Assembly: GCA_003427395.1 (NCBI GenBank)
Contig: BFEA01000020.1
Span: 2,767,552-2,824,067, forward strand
Direction of reading: 5' to 3'
Length of the DNA stretch: 56,516 nucleotides
Source of the DNA: Chara braunii
Taxonomy: Eukaryota; Plantae; Charophyceae
Below the pieces are notes generated by a model, which saw only the letters and a list, made by a program, of their open reading frames with translations, did no database searches and was not told where the DNA came from. Shown in pieces: positions 14,211 to 28,388 of this stretch. Position 1 is the stretch's first letter, and each line of letters begins with the position of its first letter. Made by a program: the position numbers and the translations under genes.

Positions 14211-14465
14211 CGAACTCTCTCTCTATCTATCTATCTCTCGGTGAAATGGGAGGGTTGAGTCGTCACGGAGGAAGGCGAGGGAGCAGGAGGAGCGGGATAG
14301 CGGAGTTGGGTGATGGAAGAGGCACGGAGGGTGAACAGAGGCCGAGGATACTAACCTGAAAGTTCTTTCTTGTAGTGTCGTTGAGAGTCCACCACATGTC
14401 AATCACCAGGCACACCACAACTCACGACTGTCCACCACAAGTGACCGTGCCCACCATAGCTCACA

Positions 14466-14502
<37 letters not shown>

Positions 14503-14744
14503 CATGCGCGCCACAGGGCGCAGGCCCGACCAAACCCTACCGCCCATGCCAAGAAAAGGGCCGAAGTAACAAACAAAGGCGATAGGGCCGAAAATGAAGG
14601 CGGTAGGAGTGACGTACCGGCCCAACGGCCGGCTTCGCCCACAATAAAATGAAGGAAATAGTGTTAAAATGAGGATGGGTGGGGGGTTTGTTGCTTGGCG
14701 TTGGGATGGTTTTTAGGCTCACCTGTGGATTGTTGACGCAGTCC

Positions 14745-14778
<34 letters not shown>

Positions 14779-14994
14779 CACACACACACACACACACACG
14801 TGCATTGTTCACGCAGTTCCCCCCCCAAAAAATAGGGGCCTCGATAAATCTCGGATGAGATATGAAACTGATCAGATATTACACTTGTTCGGGTCCACCC
14901 GGGGAGGGGCCGTAATAGGTTAGATTCGGGTGCCTCTCTCTCACACACACTCACTCTCTCGTGCGGGTGTGTCTTCATGCGCTCGCTCGCGTGC

Positions 14995-15029
<35 letters not shown>

Positions 15030-17868
15030 AGAAAAAGGGGTTCTGATGGACCACGGATCGGATATGAAACTGATCGGAACACGTACGTTGATCGTGTTGT
15101 TGAGAGGGGGCGGGGCCGTACTTACTTAGATTGGGGTCTCTCTCTCTCTCTCTCGCTCGCTCGCGCGCGCACACACATGTGCTTCTTTTTTTTTGAAAAA
15201 CAGTTGCAAGGAAAATGAGCAATAGCTAAATGACCAATTTCCAGATTGCAAATCCCCTCGAAAGCCAAATAGTCGAACGTTGTCCAAAAAAGCAGACCTG
15301 CACTGCTATTACACCAAAGGAGAACAAAAGCATCGAACTTAATTGTCAATGAGAGCATATACTCGCCACCACCAACATTGCAATTGTAGCTCTTCCCCCT
15401 AGTGGCGCTCAACGCCCAAACTACTACCCTACATCTACTCGACAAGCAACGAATGATAAGCAACTTGTTGACGTCGGCAGCAGCAACCAAAGTACATGCA
15501 GATGTCGACCATGCGAACCATCACCAAGACCAAGGACGTGCCCTCACGCCATCATCCTCATCTCTCCCTCTCCTCACCCTCGTCTTCTTCACCCACGTCC
15601 GCCCTCAAAACGAAGACCACCACCACCCGCTGACCACCACCCACTGACTATCTTCCAAGCACCAAACTGGCTACGTAGGTTGTGCTATGGCGTTGCCTAG
15701 TAGCAGGGTCCTCACTTCCCGCGACCAAGGTCGCGACACTGTGCACTTGCGCCAACATGCCGCGCACAAGCAGGAGCTCCAGCAGCGCTATCGCACACAT
15801 GCACAAGCGCCCGAATGTCTCCCCCAGTGCCCGACACTTTCCCATATCGAAAGTGGGGGTGCACTGCCTGCTCTGCCCCGTCAGGACCCAGTTTCCAGTA
15901 GCTTCACTCTCGGCCAAAGTGCCCACGCCCAGTGTCGTTCAAACAGTGGCTTGGGACCGAACCGGTTGGGCATGCCCAACCACCCAGGCACAAACGCGCG
16001 GTGTACCCCGCTTTCACCATGTTGCTGGAAGTGCATGGAAAACTCACAAATATTTTGGATTCTCACGAGCAAGGCGGATGTAACCAATTGGCGCATGGCA
16101 ACTGTTTGGCGCCCAACAAGATTTGCGGATATTGACGCTCATTGGGATTAGGCCTCAACAAACTTGTCGACACCGCCCATCAATGGTGGATCACCGAATA
16201 CGCCAACCGACACTCCGGCGGCCTACCTCCCCTCTCCTTCCTCAAGTGGGCCTCCACCCTTCGCCAAAACATTCCCCATGGGCCACGACCAGATCAATGA
16301 CAACGTCTTCATCTCCCGCTTCAAGCGGGTTTGTCGAAAGGACATGGCATCTGCCCTCGCCTACAAGCCACGCATGTCCTTCACCGACCTCCTTATCCAT
16401 GCCCTTCAACACGATCACCTTCTCTGCCCCGTCCCCGGTCCCACCACCTCCCGTCTACGCTTCTTTCACAATATCTCCACAGATGAGACCACCATAGCGT
16501 CCCCCTTCGACAACAAGTTCACAGCCCTCTCGTTGAGCCCGACACCAACCCTGACTCCTCCACCCCGATGTCCCTCAATTCGGAGGAACTCAACACCATC
16601 CAATTCGTGCGCATGGAATGCAAGGACCGCATGGCTCGACCATCTTCCTCCACCCACCCACCCCGTCTCAAGAAACTAACAACTGATGAACGCGCCTACC
16701 AACAATGGCTCCTTCTATTGTCGGCACCTTGGATACCAGCAAACAAACTGCCCCAACGCCGGCTAGTTCCCTCTTCACGTGAACAAACCTGCGACATCCA
16801 CTCCTTCGGCCGCCACGGGACCCAACCCCTGCTCAACATCGTCTCTATACCCTTGATCTCGGCGTCCACGTTACTCCACCGACACCATCCTCTACCCTGT
16901 CAGACGAGATCATCACCGCCTCGTGCTCTTCCACCCTCCTCCCCAACCCTTCCTCCATCTCCTTCTCTGACGTTCTTACGGAACAAGCACGACTCGGTCG
17001 GCTCGTTAAGTTAGGCCTCGAACAACGACACCTCAACACCATGATCTCTTCCACCTCCATCGACTCCTGATTCCAACTCAAATTCATTGCCGCCTCCCTT
17101 GCTGCGTCTACACTCAAGTTTCAGGCTCTCCTTGACATCAAAGCTACCGACAACTTCATTACACGCTCGCGCTCGCAAAGTCGGTCTTCCTTCCACCGAC
17201 TATGACTCCCTAATCACCATTCGACTAGGGAACAAGGACACTGTCGTCGTAGTAGACCGCACCATTCCTGAGACCACAATAATTGTAGGCTCTCTCCGCA
17301 GTCAGGTCTCATTCGACGTCATGCACTTGATGTGCGACATCGTCCAGGGAACCCCATGGCTCGACCGTTTCATGCCCTACTCTTTCCATCCACCTTCTTT
17401 GGCATCACCACACCCCTGGCTCTACCCTTGGCATTCCCTACTTTCCCCACCCTACCTCCCAACCTTCCATCACTCCCCACCGGTTTCTCCACATGGCTCA
17501 TCACAACCCCGACTCCACCTATTATTGTCCTGTCCTTGACCATGAGCGTCCCGATGACTTGCTTCCAACGAAAAAAAAACGACCAAGCCCCCCATTCTGA
17601 CCTCGCTCTTACCTTTATCCTCGAGGACGTCTTTCCTGAGTCCTTACCCGCTAGACTACCTCCGGATCGTGTTGTCTCTCATACCATTGAATTGGAACCC
17701 GATCACGCTCCTCCATCTCGACCACGCTACCCACTCTCCATTCCCGAGGCCGAAGAAATGAAGTGACAACTCAATGAACTCCTTGAAAAATGATTCGTTA
17801 AGCCAAGCTCCTCCCCCCTTGGCACAAGTTGCCTCTTCGTCAAGAAAGGCGGAACCTCCGAACTCCAC

Positions 17869-18516
17869 ATGTGCACAGACTACCGCGCCCTCAACCGGAT
17901 CACGATCAAGAACAATTACCCCTTGCCTCGCATCTTCGAGCTTCTTGATCGCCTCCATGGTGCCAAGTACTTCACAAAGATCGACCTCCCGAGTGGCTTC
18001 CACCAGATCTGCATTCACGAAGAGGATACTCATAAGACTGCCTTTCGCTCTCGCTTTGGGCATTACGAGTTCCTTGTGATGCCTTTTGGCCTCACAAACG
18101 CATTTGCAACCTTCCAATCTCCTATGAATCACATTTTTCGCGATCATCTCGAAGTCTGTGTCGTCGTCTATCTTGATGATATCCTAGTCTTCAGTCCCAC
18201 CTTCGAGATTCTCCTTCAGCACATTCGTCGGGTCCTCTCTATCCTCAAAGACCAAAAGTCCTACGCCAAGCTCAGCAAATGCACTTTTGATGCCTCAAGC
18301 GTAGAATACCTTGGCCGAATTGTATCCGCTGACGGCATCCACATAGACCCCTCGAAGGTCATCGCCCTTGTCGAGTTTCCCCCACCTACGACCTTGCTGC
18401 AACTTTATTCCTTCCTCGGTCTTGCCAACTACTGCCGCCCCTTCATCCACAACTTCTCTGAATCTCCTAACCCCTCCACGAGCTCACTCGCAAGAAAGAG
18501 CTTTTGCATGGAATGA
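17869..18516 (+). pseudogene. Gypsy reverse transcriptase domain
   Basis: MCTDYRALN...YPLPRI...KTAF...YEFLVMPFGLTNA...YLDDILVFS...KC.F...EYLG. Stops and frameshifts on either side. Confidence 0.95.
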
Positions 18517-18954
18517 ACGTCGTCAAGCCGCATTCGACCTCCTTAAACAAGTCATTACATATGCCCCTGTCCTCAAGATTGCTGACCCTCTCGACACTTC
18601 TATGTTACCACCGATGCCTCAAACTTTGCTATTGGAGCCGTCCTGTCCCAACACTTCCCCCGCGACATTTCGGACCCCCCTTCCATCAAGGATTTCACCA
18701 CCCACTCTGAGGCTCCACCCGACGAGTATCCTATCGCATTTGTGAGCAAGAAGATCATACCCGTGGAGATGAATTATCCCTCCAATGAGAAGAAACTCCT
18801 CGCCATCATCCATGCCCTCAAAGTCTGACGCCCATACCTCGACGGTCAGCACTTCACTATCTGCACCGGCAACACCATCGTCTCAAGCATACTCACCACG
18901 AAGGATATCACACCCCGCCAATCTCAATGGTTTTAACTTTTCGCCCAGTTTACA

Positions 18955-20545
18955 TTGACCATCTGTCACACCCCCGACAAGAGCAACCGCGTCGCTGATC
19001 CCCTCTCTCGACGACCCGATCACAAGCCCGCTGAGAATGTCTACACTGCCACGACTCATGTTAAGCTCCTGCCTTCACTCCACCACCGCTATACTCACGG
19101 GTACCCTTCATGCCCCGATTTCTCTACCATCTACAACAAGCTTCGCGACTTCGACACCGTCCCCGACTACTCCCTCCACGACAACCTCTTGTACATTAAC
19201 ACTAAAGGGAACCGCCGACTTTGTATCCCTGACGCACGTGGTCTTCGTACCCATCTCTTGGCCAAACACCACGACGCCAAAACCGCAGGACACCTTGGTT
19301 TTCAAAAGACATTTGACGTAGTCTCTCGCTACTTCTACTAGCCCTCACTCCTCGCCAACATCAAAGCATACATTCGATCATGCCCCACTTGTCAAGCAAT
19401 CAACCCCTCAAACCAGGCCAAGCCTAGCAAGCTCCAGTCATTGCCTAACCCCACGACGCCAAACCCGCAGGACAAGCCTAGCAAGCTCTAGTCATTGCCC
19501 AACACCACGATGCCAAGACCGCAGGACACCTTGGTTTTCAAAAGACATTTGACACCGTCTCTCACTACTTCTTTTGGCCCTCACTCCTCGCCAACATCAA
19601 AGCATACATTCAATCATGCCCCACTTGTCAAGCAGTCAACCCCTCAAACCTGGCCAAGCCTAGCAAGCTCCAATCATTGCCTAACCCCACCCATAGGTGG
19701 CAGTCCATCTCTATGGATTTCGTGTGCGGTCTCCTCAAGACCGACCACGGCCGTACATCTACATCATTGTCTGCCGCTTGACCAAGCGGGCCCATTTTAT
19801 CCCTTGCACCACTTCTCACAATTCCAAAGACGTCGCCACACTCTTCTTCGATCATGTCGCACACCATCAGTCCCCGAAAACATTATCAGTGACCGTGATC
19901 CTCGCTTCTTTTCCCAAAACTTGTTCAAAGCCTCCGACACCACTCTCTAGTACAGCACTACATTCCATCCCCAGACCAATGGCCAGACCAAAAAGATGAA
20001 CGATACTCTCCAAAGGATCCTGCGAAAGTAGTGCCATCCACACCAACACGACTGAGATTAGTTGCTCACCGGCGTCACCGCTGTCGAGATTGCCTATAAC
20101 AACGTTGTCTGCCCTTCCACTGGCATGTCCCCATACTACCTTGACCTTGGCTACCATCCCCGCTTGCCCTCAGACTTCTTGCTCCCCGCTTGCACCACTT
20201 CTCACAATGCCAAAGACCTCGCCACACTCTTCTTCGATCATGTCTCACACCATCATGATCTCCCTGAAAACATCATCAGTGACCGTGATCCTCGCTTCCT
20301 TTCCCAATTCTAGAAAAAACTTGTTAAAATCCTCCAACATCACTCTCCAGTACAGCACTGCATTCCATCCCCAGACCAATGGCCAGACCAAAAAGATGAA
20401 CGATAATCTCCAAAGGATCCTGCGAAAGTACTGTCATCCACACCGACACGACTGGGATCAGTTGCTCATCGCTGCCGAGATTGCCTATAACAACGCTGTC
20501 TGCCCTTCCACTGGCATATCCCCATACTACCTTGACCTTGGCTGG
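18955..20545 (+). pseudogene. Gypsy integrase (zinc finger plus core) with internal tandem duplications
   Basis: HHDAKTAGHLG...C..CQ, SMDF, IISDRDPRF, STAFHPQTNGQT. Blocks ~19270-19450/19505-19690 and ~19800-20160/20190-20540 are duplicated. Confidence 0.9.
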
Positions 20546-22074
20546 CTCTCCGCCAAACGCTTTGAACCAAGGTAGTATGGGGATATGCCAGTGGAAGGGC
20601 AGACAACGTTGTTATAGGGCAGACAACATTGTTATAGGCAACGTTTGGTTCTATCCGCCATACTACCTTGACCTTGGCAAAGTCTGGCTCACCGCTGCCG
20701 AGATTGCCTATAGGCATATCCCCATACTACCTTGACAACGTTTGATGCAAAGTCTGGCTCTCCGAACACCGCTTGTCCAAAAAACTCTCAAACAAGTGGC
20801 TCTGCCCATTCCCCATCATTGAACAAACATCCTCTCTAAATTACAAACTTCAACTACCCCTGACAGGAGTCGTGTTCACCCTATCTTCCATGTCAAGCAC
20901 TTGAAAAAATACCATGAATCACCTCCACAATTCGTCGACCGCCCATATCCTAGAGCCCCACCAATCATGCTACCCACCCGGCCAGAATTCACGTGTAGAA
21001 TCTATCATAGGACGAAGAACTACTCAAGTATCCGATCACCCGGAACCAATCACTGAATACAAAGTCGAATGGACCGGACACCCATATACCTTGCATAAAC
21101 CTTGCCTCATTGCTCTACACACACCCCTGTACCAAGCGAAACCCTGCCCCTCGACCTCTCTCTGTCTGATCCGCTCTTGCCTCCATCTCGTTCCCCAATA
21201 TGTCCTCTGCCACATCCTCTGTCTCTCTTGTCCAAGCCTTACTTGTGGCTCCTGTTGATCGCCGGCGATAAAGGATCTAATGGCAAGTGCACGAGGACGA
21301 TGGCCTGCTGCAGCACAGCTCGAGGCAATTAAGCAGCTGGTTGGCCACCATGCTGCCCCATTGGTAGGCACCTGGACTCGCAAACTTCTGGAGCAGCACT
21401 CTTGACATGGACATCCAGACCAGTCTGTGACTGCCATCCGGATCAAACTCCATCATCAGGATCGTGTACCGGACACACCCTGGTGCTTGGACCTTCATAT
21501 ATTGGACTGCTACACTACTTTCAAGCTGGAACCCTCGCTACTACACGTCGCAAGCCTGCTGAAGACTGGTTTATCATCAGCATTTTGTACCTGGACTTAC
21601 TTCAAGGCCTGCTTCACGACTCTCACCCAGACCATTTTGCAGAACCTGTGATTTCCCCCCAACCCCATTCACTTCGAGATCCTCAGCAACCCCAACCCCC
21701 GAACACTGCAAAATAATTTTCATTGCTCACAGAACCCTTTTGCCCAATAGTTCAACAGTACGACAACCCTGTTCCCCCCTCAGATCATAACCCTGTAGTC
21801 CATCAGTAGGACAACCCTGTTCCCCTGCAGTTCCTAACCTTGTAGTTCATTAGTAGGCAAACTCTGTTCCCTCTCAGAAGTCCATCAGTACGCATACCCC
21901 GTAGCTCATAAGTAGGAAAACCCTGTTTCCCCCAGCCCTTGTTACCCACATTATACCCCTCTCCCTTTTTCTTCCTGCTTCCCGTGATCGACCCCGTCCC
22001 GTCCTTCACAGGATTCAGCATCATTTTCATGACTTTTGGCAGCCAGGACGCTGCCTTCTAGAGGGAGAGGATAG

Positions 22075-22606
22075 TGTTACGGACTCAGCCAGGGCTCGAT
22101 CCCTGGTCTGCGGGTTACCACCTTCAAGCTTACTGTATTTATGCTTTTTTTTTTTATACAATTTTCTTGTTTTATTTTGTTTTTGCTCATCTGATTTCAG
22201 ACAGTTGGCGCCATCTGCATCCAGGCCCACGTTTTCAAAATTCCTTCTTTTTGGACTTTCGGATTTCGGATACTTGGCGCCATCCGACATTCTGGCGCCC
22301 ACTCTCAGACTTTCGACTTTCAGTACTGGCCCTGAGGCATTTTCACTTTCGCCCCTAGGACCATACCTGACTCCGGTACGTCTGGACTCAAGCCCAGTAG
22401 GGGCACCAAGTTTTCAGCCTCAGTGCTTGTGTTCAGTGCGACATTGCCTCGACATTGTGTTCTGGAATTCAAGACTACGACTTTGTGACTTTGTGTCTGT
22501 GTCCGTCGAGTCGTGTCGAGTCTGCGTCGAGTTGAGTGAGAGCGTGCGTGTGCTCTCACTCTCCCTCTCTCTCCCAGCCTCACTGCTCTGCCTCTGCCTT
22601 GTCACA
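22075..22606 (+). mobile_element. Putative 3' LTR of the 15.6-22.6 kb Gypsy element
   Basis: TG start immediately after the polypurine tract. The end at ...TGTCACA is a guess. Confidence 0.55.
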
Positions 22607-22811
22607 ACCTAAGACTCCTGTGAGAGTTACGGGTCAAAGACAATGCCCAAACGACAAATCGTTTGCGGGTCAAATGGAGTTCACACATTGTAACCATGTT
22701 TTAGAACTCAAGATTTTACCGATGTGCTCCTTAGCTTTTTGCTTTTTTTATTTGCTACTCGGACGTATGGGCGATTGCAATTTTGATTTTAGTATTTTTT
22801 TACTATTTTAC

Positions 22812-24337
22812 CATTGTTGCACCCCCCGACGGTCGGCGGCCCTTGACTGGTCGGCTGCCGACCCGCCGACCCGCCGACCGATCGGCTGGTCAGCACCCAC
22901 CGGTCCGGGGTCGTCGGCACCCCACAAATATATATACATATATATATCGTCAAATGGAATATATATATATATATATATCGTCACAAACAGAACTGCCCGG
23001 TAAACCGTTGGCAGAGAGAGAGAAGAGGACAACAAACGAGGGGCTGTGACAAACTGTTTCGTCGGAGTTTACTCAGCATGCTAATTTTAATTCAACAATG
23101 GTATCACGAATCTACAATAGCTTTTCTAGGGAGTTTTGAAGTTAACCATTTTACTACATGCTTCCGTCTGATAATCAGCTTATGCTGTACCTTATAGGGT
23201 CACCAGCCCGTACGTACGGAGGTCCCCGGGCCGACCTCCGTACGTACGGGTGTTCGGGGTCCCGTACGGGGTCCGAACCCGACGGCGTTCGGCCCGCGCC
23301 AAAAATTATTTCGGGGCCTAAAAATAATATTTTTTTTCCGAATTTGTTTTTGTGAGTTCTCTATGACGTGAGGTATATGCCTGTAAATTTTCAAGTCATT
23401 TGGCTAAGCCCAATAATAATTAAAAATCGCCAAAGATGGCGGTGTCAAAACGTGCTCGCCCACATATTTTTTCACTTTTTACTTTTTGTTTTCACTTTAG
23501 TTCGGGGTCTAAACAATTTTATTATTTTTTGGAACTTTTTTAGTGGGTTTTGCATTATGTGCAGTATACATCTGTAAATTTTCAGCGCATTTAGCTATGC
23601 CAAAAAAAAATGAAAAATCGCCAAAGATGGCGGTGTCGAAAACATGCATGCGCACTCACTAAATTTAATTCTCTTTTTATTTTTATTTTTTTTATTATTA
23701 ATATTTGTTTTACGTATTTTATTTTTATTTCAAATTTGGTAAGGAATTCGGATGTAATGCTCAGGCAAATCTTGTTTAATTTATTTTTCTCCATAACATA
23801 TCTTTTTTTCAGATTTTTTTGATGAACTTTTTTTTTTTTTTTTTTTGGGTCAGTGTTCGGCCCGAACGGCCGAACGCATCCCCAAGGGGTCCCATACGTC
23901 CAGGCGTTTGGGTTCGGGCGTTCGGCCCGTCCCGAACGCCGGTCACCCTGTATATATATTTTTTTTGGGGGGGGGTTCAGAACCCCCAATAACACATCCA
24001 ACACCCCCATAGCGNNNNNNNNNNNNNNNNNNNNNNNNNNNNNNNNNNNNNNNNNNNNNNNNNNNNNNNNNNNNNNNNNNNNNNNNNNNNNNNNNNNNNN
24101 NNNNNNNNNNNNNNNNNNNNNNNNNNNNNNNNNNNNNNNNNNNNNNNNNNNNNNNNNNNNNNNNNNNNNNNNNNNNNNNNNNNNNNNNNNNNNNNNNNNN
24201 NNNNNNNNNNNNNNNNNNNNNNNNNNNNNNNNNNNNNNNNNNNNNNNNNNTTTTTTTGACTGGTTGGCAGACCGCCGACCAGTCAGCCCAACTGGTCGGC
24301 TGCAATACGGTCGGCGGTCGGCAGGGATGCAACCCTG
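22812..24337. mobile_element. hAT-like non-autonomous DNA transposon (MITE) with nested insert
   Basis: Termini CATTGTTGCA / TGCAACCCTG, subterminal CCGAC/GTCGG repeats, perfect 8-bp TSD TATTTTAC (22804-22811, 24338-24345). Confidence 0.85.
23195..23950. mobile_element. Nested TIR element (hAT-like MITE)
   Basis: Termini TAGGGTCACC / GGTCACCCTG, subterminal CCGTAC/CCGAAC repeats and an AT-rich core. No TSD seen. Confidence 0.65.
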
Positions 24338-25309
24338 TATTTTACTGATATGTCCCCATAGCTTGTTTCAGAACTTGAGATTTTATCGATGTGCTCCTTA
24401 GCTTTCTGCTTTTTTTATTCGCTACTCGGAGGTATGGGTAATTGCAATTTTGATTTTGCTGATATGTCCCCATAGCCTTGCACTTTTTTTTTTCCCTTTC
24501 TGGAAGTGCGAGAGCCTTGAGATATCACCATTGAAGTGACCAGGCCGAGGCAATTCAGAATTATTTTATTCTGGTCATCTCACTGTATCTGACCAGCCCC
24601 CGGCAATTGAGAATGATCTTATTCTGGTCATCTGATCATATCGGATTGGAACTTGGGTCTGTATTTCGACAGTTCATACATCCACAACAGAGTGAGGCCC
24701 GTTGGTTGGCCTTACGCTTAAAAAGAAGAGAGAAAAACAAAGAAAATGAATCCTCCATTATTAAGGTCCCGCTGTCTTGAGCCCCCAGCCTTGAGCCCCC
24801 CCACGGGTAACAGTTACATACCCCAGCCTCCCAACCAGCCGTTGGCCTATCCATACCGAAAAGTGCTAATCTCGAAAAAAAGGGGCCAAAAGCAACAGTA
24901 ACCGACACCCAGTCTACAGACACTAAACTCGGTTGTGCCACCCAGTACGTCCTCGTCAACTTAAACCAGTGAAAGACTTAGTGACACTCACAGACCCTGT
25001 GAGGCTTCGCCAGTATTCCAAAGTAGGTCAGTGCACGAAGGACTAATTGGCTCTCACAACGACAGCATGGCTTTGCCCACCTGACAAAGTCGCTGATGGT
25101 GAGTCTCACTGGCCAAGAGCGGCTTCACAAACATGACATGGTAGGTCAGTCACTCGACATCTAAGTCCAACACAGGCCAACAATGAATTACTTTGAAAAC
25201 AAATCAGACAGACACACCAAACACCAAAATATGAAGCAGCTGCACGCAACCGTCCTCCAAAGGTTGCCAATCTGGACGAGAGCAGAGTTGCATCACTTTG
25301 AGCACTTCC

Positions 25310-25860
25310 CTAAACTGAGTAGCTGAGTGACTTAGTGATTAGTCAGTGACTGAGGGACCGAAGAACTGACGGACTGATAAACCGATTCAGTGACTGAATG
25401 ACTCACTCAGTGAGGATTGACTAACTGACGAGTTGACTAACTGCCTGACTGCCTGACAGCTTGACAGACTGACTGAGTGACTGACTAAATATCGGACTAA
25501 CTACCTGCCTGCCTGAATGCCTGAATGACCGACTAAGAAACTGATTGACTGGCTGACTGGCTGGCTGGCTGACACATCCACTGCCTCACTGCCTGACGTA
25601 CTTACTGACTCACTAACTAACTGACTGGGTGGCTGGCTGCCTCGGTGACTTACTGACTGACCGACAGACTGACTGATTGACTAAGTGTCTGACAGACAGA
25701 CAATCGGACACGCTGACTGAACGACTCGCTGAATGAATGATTTACTGACTGACCCACAGACCGCCGGACAGACTGTCCGTCTGATTGACTGACTGACTCA
25801 CTAACGGACTCGCTGACAGACTGACCGACTGACTAACACACACTAACCGACAGACACAAA
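25310..25860. repeat. Degenerate (GACT)n tetranucleotide repeat
   Basis: Directly visible GACTGACT variants. Confidence 0.9.
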
Positions 25861-25917
25861 TTCACCACGTCACAAATTACATCGATGAAAACTTGACACA
25901 TGCAATGTCTCTTTGGT

Positions 25918-26533
25918 CATGGTTGCATCCCTGCCGACCGCCGACCCCGACCGCCGACCGTATTGCAGCCGACCAGTAGGGACGACCGGTCGGCGGTCTG
26001 CCGACCAGTCAGAAAACAACCATCCACTAATTTTTTTTCAGATCTGAGTTGGAAGCNNNNNNNNNNNNNNNNNNNNNNNNNNNNNNNNNNNNNNNNNNNN
26101 NNNNNNNNNNNNNNNNNNNNNNNNNNNNNNNNNNNNNNNNNNNNNNNNNNNNNNNNNNNNNNNNNNNNNNNNNNNNNNNNNNNNNNNNNNNNNNNNNNNN
26201 NNNNNNNNNNNNNNNNNNNNNNNNNNNNNNNNNNNNNNNNNNNNNNNNNNNNNNNNNNNNNNNNNNNNNNNNNNNNNNNNNNNNNNNNNNNNNNNNNNNN
26301 NNNNNNNNNNNNNNNNNNNNNNNNNNNNNNGGGTGTTGGGGGCCGGTTTGTGGGTGTTGGGGGGGTGTATGGGGGTATTTGGGGTGGGTATGGGGGTGTC
26401 CGTGGGGTTATTAGGGTTTTTTTTTTTGCGGGGTGCCGACGACCCCCGACCGGTAGGTGCCGACCAGCCGACCGGTCGGCGGGTCGGCAGCCGACCAGTC
26501 AGGGGTCGCCGACGGTTGGCGCGTGCAACAATG
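25918..26533. mobile_element. Second copy (inverted) of the hAT-like MITE
   Basis: Termini CATGGTTGCA / TGCAACAATG, TSD TCTTTGGT / TCTTTGAT (7 of 8 match), reverse-complement similarity to the ends of 22812-24337. Confidence 0.85.
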
Positions 26534-27535
26534 TCTTTGATTGATTAAACCATTCAAATGATCTTTCAGCATAATGCATCCAATCATCCATGAACCCATC
26601 GATCAAGCAACCAACCAACCAATCCCAACATAAATTGATCTGATCCACAGACTGATCGATATTTTGACTGCTACATTGATTGATCCATCCCAGACAGACG
26701 CACACAAACAATGATACACACTTCTCATGTGTGCAAACACACACTCACACACAGCATCCACACAAACCGGCACACCCAAGCACGTGAGCAAACCCTCACC
26801 GATGCCCCTCGCATACACAAACGCACAATGAGATACAAATATTACAAATTCCATAAAACACACACACACATGCACAAACGTACATTTCAGAGTGCATCAG
26901 CCACAACTTCCCTGAGGTCTATAAAATTGCTCAGCAACACCAAGACTCCAACGTCCATACTCTGTGGAGTAGATGATGCCAAGTCACCCTCGCATAAACA
27001 TTAAACCCACAGCGCAGCCTCCATATACATTGCGAGCCTCGGCTACCCACATTCTTCCACTTGAAAACATCATTTATCTTCTGTAACATGACCCTGCCAT
27101 TCATTACACATGAAATACACACAGTGTCTTGCACACAGCCAAGAACATACACAACCATTCAATCCAGAAAGGACACAGCTGATCTTGCTAAGACTCAGCT
27201 ACTTGCAATTCACAAAGCTCAATTTATACCACAGAAAGGGCAATCCAGCTGAACGCAAGACCGATGAACGTCATCATAGACATATCGCATAACTATGGTT
27301 ACATGTCTCCCACCAGATGGTTTTCCTCTATCAGCATCCTTGATCACATGTTTACCAGTACCTCGAATAACTTATGTACAGGTTCATTAATTATACAACT
27401 GCAGCAATGACCGACCGCATAAATAAACCTGTGTTGCACCCTGCACCCGTACGCAGGGAGTGCGAGTACGTACTCTGGAGTACGCGTACGTGCTAAAAAA
27501 AAACGCGTAGACATACGTTAAAAAAAAAAAAAAAA

Positions 27536-27868
27536 CAATCAAAAAGAGGACCGGACACACAGGGAAAGACAAGGACAAGCAACAGAACACCGAGCGGACC
27601 CCCCCACTGTTCTCGTATTACAGGGACTCATTCGACAGTCTCTAAATAGAAGTCTTAGAGGAACAAATGGTCAGGGCGAGCTGACAGTCAATCCTCCTTA
27701 GAAGGAGCAATCAATGCTGATCAGGGGTCCTTCGGCCAGACAGAAGGAAGCGTTGAGTGGGTAATATGATGTGATCCGTCTTTGACTAGCCGGGGGAATA
27801 GGAACCGGACTGATGCTCCCCAGAATGGATATGGAGCCAGGACCATAAGGACCTGTTAAAAAAAAAAA
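27536..27868 (+). mobile_element. 3'-end-only copy of the downstream LINE (3' UTR plus poly(A))
   Basis: Closely similar to ~36578-36927 and ends GGACCTGTT-poly(A). Confidence 0.9.
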
Positions 27869-28388
27869 NNNNNNNNNNNNNNNNNNNNNNNNNNNNNNNN
27901 NNNNNNNNNNNNNNNNNNNNNNNNNNNNNNNNNNNNNNNNNNNNNNNNNNNNNNNNNNNNNNNNNNNNNNNNNNNNNNNNNNNNNNNNNNNNNNNNNNNN
28001 NNNNNNNNNNNNNNNNNNNNNNNNNNNNNNNNNNNNNNNNNNNNNNNNNNNNNNNNNNNNNNNNNNNNNNNNNNNNNNNNNNNNNNNNNNNNNNNNNNNN
28101 NNNNNNNNNNNNNNNNNNNNNNNNNNNNNNNNNNNNNNNNNNNNNNNNNNNNNNNNNNNNNNNNNNNNNNNNNNNNNNNNNNNNNNNNNNNNNNNNNNNN
28201 NNNNNNNNNNNNNNNNNNNNNNNNNNNNNNNNNNNNNNNNNNNNNNNNNNNNNNNNNNNNNNNNNNNNNNNNNNNNNNNNNNNNNNNNNNNNNNNNNNNN
28301 NNNNNNNNNNNNNNNNNNNNNNNNNNNNNNNNNNNNNNNNNNNNNNNNNNNNNNNNNNNNNNNNNNNNNNNNNNNNNNNNNNNNNNNN

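Larger units (their letters stand above)
15640..22606 (+). mobile_element. Decayed Ty3/Gypsy (chromovirus-like) LTR retrotransposon, 5' LTR not found
   Basis: Order gag-like region, degenerate zinc knuckle (~16715), protease remnant (LLDIKATDNFI ~17127), RT, RNase H, integrase HHCC and core, chromodomain-like VESIIGRR...EYKVEWTG (~20995-21090), PPT GAGGGAGAGGATAG, then TGTTAC at 22075. The outer boundaries are approximate. Confidence 0.85.
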
